Shown piece after piece: positions 1 through 8,624 of a DNA stretch of 64,000 nucleotides (position 1 is the stretch's first letter; every line of letters starts with the position of its first letter). Source of the DNA: Obrimoposthia wandeli. Its lineage: Eukaryota. The notes under the pieces were generated by a model. It was not told where the DNA came from, searched no databases, and was given only the letters and a program-made list of their open reading frames with translations. The translations under genes were made by a program, and so were the position numbers. The stretch lies in contig CDROCS010005764.1 in NCBI GenBank assembly GCA_977020255.1, forward strand, positions 62,001-126,000, given 5' to 3'.

Positions 1-3000
1 AACATTTACAAAGTAAGAAAATCCATTCTTTATACATTCTTCCTTCCGATTCATCTTTAAATAAACCTATTTTACTATTAAATTTATTAGAATATAATGG
101 ATCATTCACATTATAATTTGACGTATCTAATAATCCATCTGCAATCATTTTTGGTAACAACTGTTTTCTTAAATTAACGTTTTTACATTCCAAAAAGAAT
201 GAGTCGGTATCACCGGCAACTATATTAATTGAACAATTGAATAAATTACGATATATTTGCAAATCATGATACTGAAGAGTATACATTCGTAATTTGCTAA
301 GGTCTAGTACAGCTTGGCCTATATAATTTGGTCGATCGAGACCAATAAAGTCTTTTCTTAATAAAACAGCTATTAAATTATCATGAATTTCAATTGTTCG
401 TTGAAACATAGGTTTGCTAGTATATGTAATTAATTTTGTAGAACTAGTGCAGATGCGAAGATTCAACCGTTTCTTAACATTTTCAACGGTCTTTCCATAC
501 AAACTAACATTTTTAAGTTTATAAAAATCTTTGTCACATTTATTCGTAGCTTGTGATCTCATTTCTGAATTATATTCTATATATTCTGCGAATATCTTAG
601 CCTGAGAGAATTTTACTGCTCGATGAATAATTGTTACCACTGCTCCTAAACTAACATACATCTGCAATAGTCTCCAATGAATAACATAATGACTTTTTGG
701 CGAATGCGTCATTAAAAGTTTTTCAACTTTTTTACCAGGTGGACATTTCTTTTCTGGAGCTATAGGAAGATCGTCTAAAAAGTCATGAAGGTTTTCTGGT
801 ATTACCAAGTCTACTTCCATAACATAACCATATTCAATATGCTCCATGTTCACATTTTTCATTTCATGCAATATTTCGTTTAATTTTATATCATCAAGAA
901 TCCATTCAAAATCTCCTTTTGGTAAAGGTTGATCAAGAGCCCATCCATATAAATTATTAACATCTATATATAAAAGACTTGTTTCTTCATCAGCGACTAC
1001 ATGATGCTTATTGACAAATGTCATTCCTCCTCGTATACCCGAAGAAATCATGTTGTACATTTCAGGATCCTGCATCAGTTCAACCTTATGTTTTAACATT
1101 TTTAGAGCACTTGCCCAACTCAACCCAGGAATGCTAAAAAAGTTAAGTGGTTCTAAACCATCTTCACTGAGAGCTTTTCTTCTGAATGTTTGAAACACGT
1201 CAGCTAATAAATATACGTCAGTCTTTAAGTAAACTAACATATAATCCAACATATTTCTACAATTGGTTATTTTCCAAACATCTTGTGCTTTTTGATATTC
1301 AGTGTCTGTGATTTTATCATTCCATTTTACAGGTAAACTTAACTTATTCTGGAGGACATTTAATAATGTAGCAAAATCATATGGGAATATTCCTTTGCCA
1401 TCAATAAGTTTAGATGGAAAAACTGATCTTGTTAATGGAATAGTTGGTAATTTACCGGCTAAATTTTCCAAAGATGATTGCAAAAATTGCAAAGAATCTA
1501 TAAATCTCAGAGTTATTTTACCTAATCTTACAATCATGGCTTGAAACTTTTCCGTTGATTGTGGTATAATATTTATATCCCTGTCAGTAAATTTATTCAA
1601 TGCATGTTTTAAAATATGATGTAAATCATAACCTCTGAGATTATGAAACACAATAGGTAAAGTTGGACGAAGTTTTCTTGATAAATTACATTCATTGCAT
1701 GCAGGACCTAGATACTTGCCAGTAAAGTGATCATGATCTTTAACATATTTTTCAGATGATTCGTGACATAAATAACATTCATCGGCATTGCTAAATGTAT
1801 GAATCTCTGCATTTGTTAAGGGAATCATTACGTTTTTAAGAGCATCTAAATACCATGGCAAAACCTTTTCTTTAGCCAAGTTCTCTATTGACTGAAGAAA
1901 TTTAACTATGCAGTCATCACCAACATTATGTTGATACTGGGTTTCAATTTCATCTGTACTCATAAATAACATACCAGATGCGACAGGCATATGCTTTTGA
2001 TGATAACTCTCATCTGGTACTAATACAGATTCAAAATCAGCGTAAACGACATATTTCGGTGATATAGTTTTTGACCAATCGTTGAATTTAACGTACTTAT
2101 TCTTAGGCATAGTATACATTGTAGTGCTTTCTTGATTATAGTCACATAAAACTTTATGCTTTTCTAATGACAAATCGGTTTTGAAACCATGTAAACACTT
2201 TTCACACCATTTTCTGCTAATTCTAGTCGTTCCAGTTCGAATATTTAATAGTCGGTTAAGACATCTTATTCCTATATAATGAAACCGTTCCTTGGATTCT
2301 AGTAACAATAAATTAACTATAGTTCCTTCCTTCATTTTTGATTTGTATGCAACATCGATATAAGGATTCTTGATAACATCAGTTTTTGATTCTTTTTCAC
2401 TTACCTCGTTGAATATGAATACATTTATTATTATACCAGGATTTTGCCTTTCAAATTTTGATATATTTGATATTTTCATAGGCATGTCTTCGAAATTATA
2501 TACAAAATCATTTAAAAATCTTTCATATTGGCTTGGTCTATTTCTATGTAATTCTATTTCATTATATTTAAGTATTGACAATATTGCATAAATAAAGCAA
2601 AGATTATCAGAGTTTTGAATATTTACGACTGCTTTAGATTTTGTAAGAGAATTTGGTGATTTAATATATGAATGACCTGACAATGCACAAATTTGACTAT
2701 ATTTAGTAGCAATAAATGCATATTCAAGTATATTCATCAATTTCCAACCACTACCCTTTTCTGAATATTCTTCAACTTTATTTTCCATTGTATCTTCCAT
2801 TTCTGAAATTATAGCATGTGAAAAAATCATTGCTCGATGTGAAGCATACCATTCTTTAGTTTCTCCATCATTCTTTTCAAACCTCATCCTGATGATGTAT
2901 TGAATCTTTGCATTTCCCATTAATTGCACTATTCTTTCTAGTTCGTTTAATAATGAATCTGGAACCTTAAGACTTACAAGATTGAGATGATCTACTTTCA

Positions 3001-3376
3001 TGGATATCATTGAATAACTATTTTCTAACGATGTTTTAGTCTGTATATTGTCATTTATTTTACGTTTTCGTGACGGAGTAGGAGCTGGAATTACTATGTT
3101 TGATGGTTCATTAATTATATCAGTTCTTTTTCTTAAAGCCGGTACTTTAAATAATGTTTTCTTACTATCATTTTTATATTCTTTTAAATGACTAACATGT
3201 CGACTATAAAATAAGTTGTAATCAACATTTTCAGTGCTTAAACATTGTGGACATATGAAATAATTTATCCTTTTGTATGAATAACAATAATAATTTTTCA
3301 TTATATCATGACATACTTGAGGATTAAAATGTGTTTCCGATGAACAAAAATTTGAATAAGTTTTACATATACTCAT
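1..3376 (-). CDS. pPolB: Protein-primed family B DNA polymerase (pPolB) with N-terminal terminal-protein-like region and EndoVII-like Zn insert; 3' end truncated by the window edge
   Basis: Manual minus-strand translation from ATG 3376 gives GSGW (2755-2744), ExoI YADFES, CYLC..KDHDHFTGKYLGPACNECNL, ExoII FHNLRGYD, motif A YIDVNNLYG, motif B KLKNVSLYGKT and motif C AGDTDS. The frame is the same at 3376, 2755 and the window edge. It is absent from the ORF track, presumably because no stop falls in the window. Confidence 0.95.
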   Translation of the reverse strand, partial: MSICKTYSNFCSSETHFNPQVCHDIMKNYYCYSYKRINYFICPQCLSTENVDYNLFYSRHVSHLKEYKNDSKKTLFKVPALRKRTDIINEPSNIVIPAPTPSRKRKINDNIQTKTSLENSYSMISMKVDHLNLVSLKVPDSLLNELERIVQLMGNAKIQYIIRMRFEKNDGETKEWYASHRAMIFSHAIISEMEDTMENKVEEYSEKGSGWKLMNILEYAFIATKYSQICALSGHSYIKSPNSLTKSKAVVNIQNSDNLCFIYAILSILKYNEIELHRNRPSQYERFLNDFVYNFEDMPMKISNISKFERQNPGIIINVFIFNEVSEKESKTDVIKNPYIDVAYKSKMKEGTIVNLLLLESKERFHYIGIRCLNRLLNIRTGTTRISRKWCEKCLHGFKTDLSLEKHKVLCDYNQESTTMYTMPKNKYVKFNDWSKTISPKYVVYADFESVLVPDESYHQKHMPVASGMLFMSTDEIETQYQHNVGDDCIVKFLQSIENLAKEKVLPWYLDALKNVMIPLTNAEIHTFSNADECYLCHESSEKYVKDHDHFTGKYLGPACNECNLSRKLRPTLPIVFHNLRGYDLHHILKHALNKFTDRDINIIPQSTEKFQAMIVRLGKITLRFIDSLQFLQSSLENLAGKLPTIPLTRSVFPSKLIDGKGIFPYDFATLLNVLQNKLSLPVKWNDKITDTEYQKAQDVWKITNCRNMLDYMLVYLKTDVYLLADVFQTFRRKALSEDGLEPLNFFSIPGLSWASALKMLKHKVELMQDPEMYNMISSGIRGGMTFVNKHHVVADEETSLLYIDVNNLYGWALDQPLPKGDFEWILDDIKLNEILHEMKNVNMEHIEYGYVMEVDLVIPENLHDFLDDLPIAPEKKCPPGKKVEKLLMTHSPKSHYVIHWRLLQMYVSLGAVVTIIHRAVKFSQAKIFAEYIEYNSEMRSQATNKCDKDFYKLKNVSLYGKTVENVKKRLNLRICTSSTKLITYTSKPMFQRTIEIHDNLIAVLLRKDFIGLDRPNYIGQAVLDLSKLRMYTLQYHDLQIYRNLFNCSINIVAGDTDSFFLECKNVNLRKQLLPKMIADGLLDTSNYNVNDPLYSNKFNSKIGLFKDESEGRMYKEWIFLLCKC

Positions 3377-3443
3377 CTGATGATATGATTGATTTGATTG
3401 GACTTGAGATATTGATTGATTTGTATACTGAATAAAAAATATA

Positions 3444-3454
3444 TATATAAATAC
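3444..3454 (+). promoter_or_regulatory. Canonical TATA box TATATAAATAC upstream of the TBP-like gene (identical copy at 3914-3924 upstream of the SSB-like gene)
   Basis: The identical 11-mer starts 35 and 44 nt upstream of the two ATGs. Confidence 0.55.
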
Positions 3455-3478
3455 AATAATTTAATTATTTTACTTACA

Positions 3479-4033
3479 ATGTTAACAAATATTAATTATA
3501 AAGGAATTTGCTTAGATGATGTATCCAAATTAAAATTTCGAACACGACCAGAACAATACGTTTATAAAGCCAAAGATTATACAATACTTATTTTTAGAAA
3601 TAAGAAATGCAGGATTATGGGATGTAAGGTACCTATTAAAAATATTTCTTACCCTTTAAGAATAAATATACTTGGTATTCAATCAATTACGGTATGTGAA
3701 AATTTAGATCAAAGTATCAATCTATTTAAATTATGGAATGTGTTACGTAATACATGTTCATTTGACCCTGAGGTTTTCCCAGGCTTAAGATTAAATATTT
3801 TCAATCCATTGTGTGTAAATATTTTCACATCTGGAAAGGTCGTAATTTTAGGTCTTAGAAATTTAGATTTTCAAAATCAAGTTAATGATATCATGACATA
3901 CATTAAAAAAAATTATATAAATACGAAACAATTTCTAATTAAATCATTCAATTTTAAATGTCTTATAAAGCCGTTCAAAAGTATTATGAGTATGATATGT
4001 TCTTCTTGGCATCTGCATGGATTCATCCAATGA
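3479..4033 (+). CDS. TATA-box-binding-protein (TBP)-like protein; the likely native stop is at ~3920
   Basis: Two TBP-type repeats: LTNINYKG...YTILIFRNKKCRIMG and IQSITVCENL..INLFKL...SFDPEVFPGLRL...VNIFTSGKVVILG. Canonical TBP reads YEPELFPGLIYR...LLIFVSGKIVLTG. The ATG at 3479 is preferred to the TTG start at 3416 in the ORF track. Confidence 0.85.
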   Translation: MLTNINYKGICLDDVSKLKFRTRPEQYVYKAKDYTILIFRNKKCRIMGCKVPIKNISYPLRINILGIQSITVCENLDQSINLFKLWNVLRNTCSFDPEVFPGLRLNIFNPLCVNIFTSGKVVILGLRNLDFQNQVNDIMTYIKKNYINTKQFLIKSFNFKCLIKPFKSIMSMICSSWHLHGFIQ

Positions 4034-4344
4034 CTATGCCAGTGACATTATCGAAAACTTCGTACAATTACCGAGTCTCTGATTTTGACGACAAAGACAT
4101 TCAACAATTCAATGAAGTCGTCAAATATTTGAAAATTGACATTGAACTTGAGAATGAGGGTATATTTATGCGCGGAGATAAGTGCAAATTTTATGATTGT
4201 TCCGGAACAAAGATTTCGGATATTCAAGAAGATGGAAGAAGTTGGATGCTCGAAATAAAAATTCTCGGATATAAAATAAATAAAAAGAATGAAACAACTC
4301 TCATCTGGAGGATTCATACAGCGACCGAATATTTTGATGTTTAA
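3958..4344 (+). CDS. Hypothetical protein, possibly an OB-fold single-stranded DNA-binding protein (T7 gp2.5/DUF2738-like)
   Basis: 128-aa ORF with good start context. The C-terminal pattern KFYD..G..I..I......MLEIKILGYKI......LIWRIH resembles viral OB-fold SSBs. This is a resemblance only. Confidence 0.45.
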   Translation: MSYKAVQKYYEYDMFFLASAWIHPMTMPVTLSKTSYNYRVSDFDDKDIQQFNEVVKYLKIDIELENEGIFMRGDKCKFYDCSGTKISDIQEDGRSWMLEIKILGYKINKKNETTLIWRIHTATEYFDV

Positions 4345-4425
4345 TAAATATTTAATAAAATGTTGTTATTGTTATAAACATGTACTTATTCTGATATATT
4401 TATTTTATATTAATATTTATATAAA

Positions 4426-5055
4426 ATGTTATTAACAAACAATTCGACTTTTCAAGTAGTAGGACCAAGTGGTAGTGGAAAAACTTTATTTGTTTGTAAA
4501 TTATTAAATTCAAAAATGTTTAAAAATAAATTTAATAAAATATATTGGCATCAAGGTGGTGACGGAGAAGCTTGTTTAACAAACCAAGAATTTAATAAAA
4601 TAAAAAACATTAAGATTATTAACGGTTTTGATGAAAATTGGACGACAAGACTCGTAAAAGGTGATGTAATTGTTATTGATGACTTATATCAAGAGGCTAA
4701 CAAAGAATCTGATTTTAATGATTTATTTACAAAAATTGCAAGACATAGAGAAGTTACTGTAATTTTTATAACCCAAACTTTATTTCATCAAGGAGGAAAT
4801 CATCGTACTCGTAATCTTAATGTACATTATTTGATTTTATTCAAAAATCCTAGAGATCAAACAGTGATAGATTTTATTGCTCGTCAAGCATTTCCTCATA
4901 ACAAGAGTTATTTAATTGATGCGTTTCATGATGCTACATCTTTACCTCATGGTTATTTATTTTTAAATTTTACTCAATCATGTCCTGATGATTTAAGAAT
5001 TGTTACTGATATATTTAACCGTAATGGTATTACAGTCTATAAACAAAATAAATAA
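4426..5055 (+). CDS. A32/FtsK-like genome packaging ATPase
   Basis: Walker A GPSGSGKT, Walker B VIVIDDL, and ARH...IFITQ and YLILFKNPRD motifs typical of Polinton ATPases. Confidence 0.95.
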   Translation: MLLTNNSTFQVVGPSGSGKTLFVCKLLNSKMFKNKFNKIYWHQGGDGEACLTNQEFNKIKNIKIINGFDENWTTRLVKGDVIVIDDLYQEANKESDFNDLFTKIARHREVTVIFITQTLFHQGGNHRTRNLNVHYLILFKNPRDQTVIDFIARQAFPHNKSYLIDAFHDATSLPHGYLFLNFTQSCPDDLRIVTDIFNRNGITVYKQNK

Positions 5056-5075
5056 TAATAATGTTTTAAAATAAA

Positions 5076-5486
5076 ATGAATTTTAAAAAGAGTATTCTTA
5101 AACATAGTAAAAGGACAGATAAAGATGAAGTTAAAAAATTAATAAACACTGTATTATATGATCGTAATAATATTGAATTTTCAAAAAATTTACCTTATTT
5201 TAAAACCTTAATTGACGTATCAAAAACGAATAAAATGAAAATGTTGAAATCATTTCCAATTTATGTAGTTGATGATTTAATAAAAATTTTAAATAAAATA
5301 ATTTATGGTAAAATTAAACCTGATCCTAATATTTTAAAATATAAAAATTCATTAATAAATTTAGCAAATTCACGTGGTAAAATTAATAAAAGAAACATTA
5401 TTTATAATCAAAATGGCGGATTCCTATTGGCCATACTGCCCGCTATAGCATCAGTAATAGCTGGTCTTATAACTTCAAGATATTAG
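5076..5486 (+). CDS. Basic core protein with an adenovirus pX-like C-terminus
   Basis: Lys-rich body ending QNGG|FLLAILPAIASVIAGLI, like the adenoviral pX motif GGFLPALIPIIAAAI that follows a protease site. Confidence 0.7.
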   Translation: MNFKKSILKHSKRTDKDEVKKLINTVLYDRNNIEFSKNLPYFKTLIDVSKTNKMKMLKSFPIYVVDDLIKILNKIIYGKIKPDPNILKYKNSLINLANSRGKINKRNIIYNQNGGFLLAILPAIASVIAGLITSRY

Positions 5487-5554
5487 AAGTTTAAAAAAAA
5501 AAAATTATAAAATTATATAAGAGTCTTACAAAGTAACATTAATAAGAAACTTAC

Positions 5555-5826
5555 ATTAAATGTTGAAGTAGATTCTCCCGATGTACCAGGAATCATTGTT
5601 GTTGATGCTGATGTAGGAATCATTACCGCGGCTGCTAGTTTAAAACAATATTAAAATTAATTTTAAAAAGAAAAAAAAAATACTTTTTATGTTTCTTACT
5701 CTGCATATGAGCATCCATTGAATATTTATTATTCATTGGTCCTGTTTGACATATTTGGCAATTAAATATAAATATAAATCATAATTAAAATATATATATA
5801 TATATATAATAAACTCACGTATTCAT
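5555..5826 (-). CDS. Candidate spliced small gene with a matrin/JAZ-type C2H2 zinc finger
   Basis: 5760-5683 on the minus strand reads CQICQTGPMNNKYSMDAHMQSKKHKK. It is flanked by ATGAATAC|GTGAGT (5826-5813), further GT donors (5699, 5554) and a pyrimidine-rich TAG acceptor (5637-5635). The exon structure is uncertain. Confidence 0.5.
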
Positions 5827-6153
5827 TTTGAGTCTTGATTTATTTAAATTAAATAAAAATAACAAAATAGTAAATTATATTTAATTTAACATTTCAATTT
5901 ATAATATATATCCTATTATGTAATTTCAATTATTGATAATAATATAATTATCTCAATTGCTACAATTGAATTGTGCCTATTTAATTAAGATAGTTGTCTT
6001 AATAACGAAAATTATAATAATATTAAATAATTACATTCTTTCGTTTTATACAAATATATAAACAGATTAAAATATATTTAACTTTTATAATAATGGGGAT
6101 AAACAATACAAAGTTGTCTAACTTATTTATAAATTTAAATTCTTCATGCTGCA

Positions 6154-7180
6154 ATGGAAAAGATTTGGAACAATCCAGAAGATCCAGACGGGTATACAGG
6201 GTTAGAAAAATTGGCAAAAAGAGTCAAACAATCAAAAACAAACACACAAAAATGGTTAAGAAATGAATTATCATATAGTTTGAATAAACCTTTAAGACGT
6301 AAATTTCCTACTAGATCATATAAAACTAATGGTATTAATTCTTTATGGCAGATGGATTTAATGGAAATGATACCTTATTCTTCAGTAAATAACGGATTCA
6401 AGTATATTTTGACTTGTATTGATGTATTTAGTCGTTTTGCAAGGGCAGTTGGTAATAAATCAAAATCGGGTATTGATTTATTACATGCAATAGAATCTTT
6501 AATTGTTGATGATGTACCAGTAAATATTCAAACCGATGAAGGTAAAGAATTTTTTAATTCACATGTTAAGAAATTATTTAAAACTGAAAATATCAAACAT
6601 TATTCAGTATATTCTCAATATAAAGCTGCAGTAGTTGAAAGATTTAATAGAACGTTAAGAGAACGGTTAATGAAATATTTTACTAAACAAGGTAATAAGA
6701 AATGGGTGAATGTATTACCAAAAATTATTTATGCTTATAATAATTCTAAACATAGAGGTTTAGATGGTTTAAAACCTGTAGATGTAAATAATAAAAATGA
6801 ATTTGATATTTTGTTGAAACAAAATCCAAAAGAAAAGAAAGTTAAATCTATATATAAAATTGATGATTATGTTCGAATATCAAAAAATAAGTACAAGTCC
6901 ATTTATTAAAAATTTTAATCAAAATTGGAGTGATGATTTTTTTCAAATTCATGATATTAATTATAAACAAAATCCAATAATGTATATTTTAAAAGATATT
7001 GATAACGTCATCATCAAAGGAAAATTTTATAAACAAGAGTTACAATTAATTGATAAACCTAAACTATATCGAATACAAGAAATTTTAGAAACTAAAGGTC
7101 GTGGTAAGAATAAACAATATTACGTAAAGTGGCACGGATACTCTGAACCTTCTAAGATATTTGCTTCTCAAATTGAATAA
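6154..7180 (+). pseudogene. Retroviral-type (RVE) DDE integrase with C-terminal chromodomain, split by a +1 frameshift
   Basis: WQMDL, IQTDEGKEF and KAAVVERFNRTL give an intact D,D,E triad. ORFs 6154-6909 and 6860-7180 fuse as VRISK-ISTSPF if one A is removed from the A6 run at 6882-6887. The C-terminus YRIQEIL..KQYYVKWHGY is chromodomain-like. The frameshift could be an assembly error. Confidence 0.9.
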
Positions 7181-8185
7181 TGTCAAAATATATTATTTTA
7201 CCTAGTAATAGTTGTCCAACCTAACAATACAGCCAATCAATTTACTGTAGATTGGGAAAACTCTCTAAATTTAGATGGTGAATGGGAGGTTGCCTTGACT
7301 GAATTTGTATTTAATTATACTCCTTTAACAATACAAACTAATTCAAAAATACTTTATAAAACAGAAAAGATAGAAATGAAAACTGTCGATGTATCTTTTG
7401 CAATTTTAAATGGATTAATTTTTAATAATTTAAATAATGTTTTCAATTTCAAAATTACAAAGAATCAAAAATTAGAAATAAGTACAATTAACAGTATTCA
7501 TCGAATGTTGTTAAAATTCGAATCTTTAGAAGAATCAAAAATTATAGGTTTTAATGAAATACAAAAAATTTCTAGTCATGTTATAACAAGTGATGAAATT
7601 GTTGACATAAATAAAAATATTCATGCTAAAATGAGAATTACAATTTATTCTTTAGCTGAATATGAATACGAAATCAAATTTAATCAAAATTATTTGATAC
7701 AAGATAGTTCTTCATTATGTAATATTATAGCCAGTAAATGTAATGCGATTTTTAAAAGCTGTAATATAGATTCAAACGGATTATTTGATATTTTAATAAA
7801 GAAAAATGTAAAATCAGTTTTATTTGACGAAAAACTTGCATCTTTATTAGGTTTAAATAATGTTTTCTTTGAGAAACGAATTAAAGGTTTTCAAGAACCA
7901 ACGCTTTCTAGCTCATATAATCAAATGTATATTTATACTAGTTTAACAGATTCTGTCTTAGTAGGATCTGATTATGTTCCACTGTTAAAGTCTATTTGGT
8001 TAAAATCATTAAAATATCGATATGGAGATGTAGTAAATGTTAAAATTGATAATCCAATGTACTTGAAAATGAGAGATTCAAGTATTAATAGAATCGAGGT
8101 AAATATACGTGATGATTCTGGTAATTTAATTCCATTTTCATATGGAGCAAAAACTAGTTTGACTCTTCATTTACGTAAAGTATAA
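7180..8185 (+). pseudogene. Minor capsid protein (penton), frameshifted near codon 13
   Basis: ATG 7180 gives MSKYIILPSNSCP; after a frame change at ~7219 it continues PNNTANQFTVDWENSLNLDGEWEVALTEF into ORF 7295-8185. The C-terminus IEVNIRDDSGNLIPF...TLHLRK is typical of Polinton pentons. Confidence 0.85.
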
Positions 8186-8222
8186 ACAATATAAATATAT
8201 TTAAAATATAAAAATATATAAA

Positions 8223-8624
8223 ATGAATACATCAATTATAAATTTTTTTAGCAAACGTCAACAGGGCGGTGAACTTCCCTATTTCATTGGGAAGCAATAT
8301 GGATCTGGTTGGTTTCAAACTATTTCTAGATTAGCTATTCCATTTATTAAAAAAGCTGGTTTATCAGCAGCTACAAGTGCTGCCAATGCAATTGGCGAAA
8401 CGGTAGGAACTGCGTTAACAAATCCAAAAAACTTAATTTCATCTCTCAAAGAAAATACAATCAAAGAAGTCAAAACTTTGATTCCAAAATTAAAAAATAA
8501 TGCTGTTGAGAGTTTAAATAAAGTCGCAAATTGTGTTGAACAAAATGGAAAGGGTCTTAAACGTAAAATAAATAATTTAAATAGTATAAACAAACGTCTT
8601 AAAGGTACTATTTTCCAAAAATGA
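8223..8624 (+). CDS. Conserved Polinton virion protein, pVI-like amphipathic membrane-active protein
   Basis: QQGG...QYGSGWFQTISRLAIPFIKKAG: a glycine cleavage motif followed by an amphipathic helix, located just upstream of the MCP. Confidence 0.7.
   Translation: MNTSIINFFSKRQQGGELPYFIGKQYGSGWFQTISRLAIPFIKKAGLSAATSAANAIGETVGTALTNPKNLISSLKENTIKEVKTLIPKLKNNAVESLNKVANCVEQNGKGLKRKINNLNSINKRLKGTIFQK
8585..8592 (+). promoter_or_regulatory. Variant TATA element TATAAACA upstream of the MCP (other copies at 4373, 5038, 6057, 8181, 10222)
   Basis: The same 8-mer lies 36-53 nt upstream of five ATGs (ATPase, pX-like, pVI-like, MCP, DEDD-like) and 97 nt upstream of the integrase ATG. Confidence 0.6.

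Noticed and set aside
1011-2591. Plus-strand ORFs 1011-1193, 1302-1544 and 2370-2591
   Set aside because: Antisense shadows of the pPolB frame with no recognisable motifs.
3428-3477. Possible 50-nt minus-strand intron (GTAAGT...TTCAG) upstream of and in frame with pPolB
   Set aside because: The upstream exon would overlap the TBP-like start and I found no credible ATG for it; the tract is better explained as the shared promoter. RNA data are needed.
4048-8593. Minus-strand ORFs 4048-4317, 6023-6217 and 8315-8593
   Set aside because: Antisense to, or overlapping, better supported genes; no motifs.
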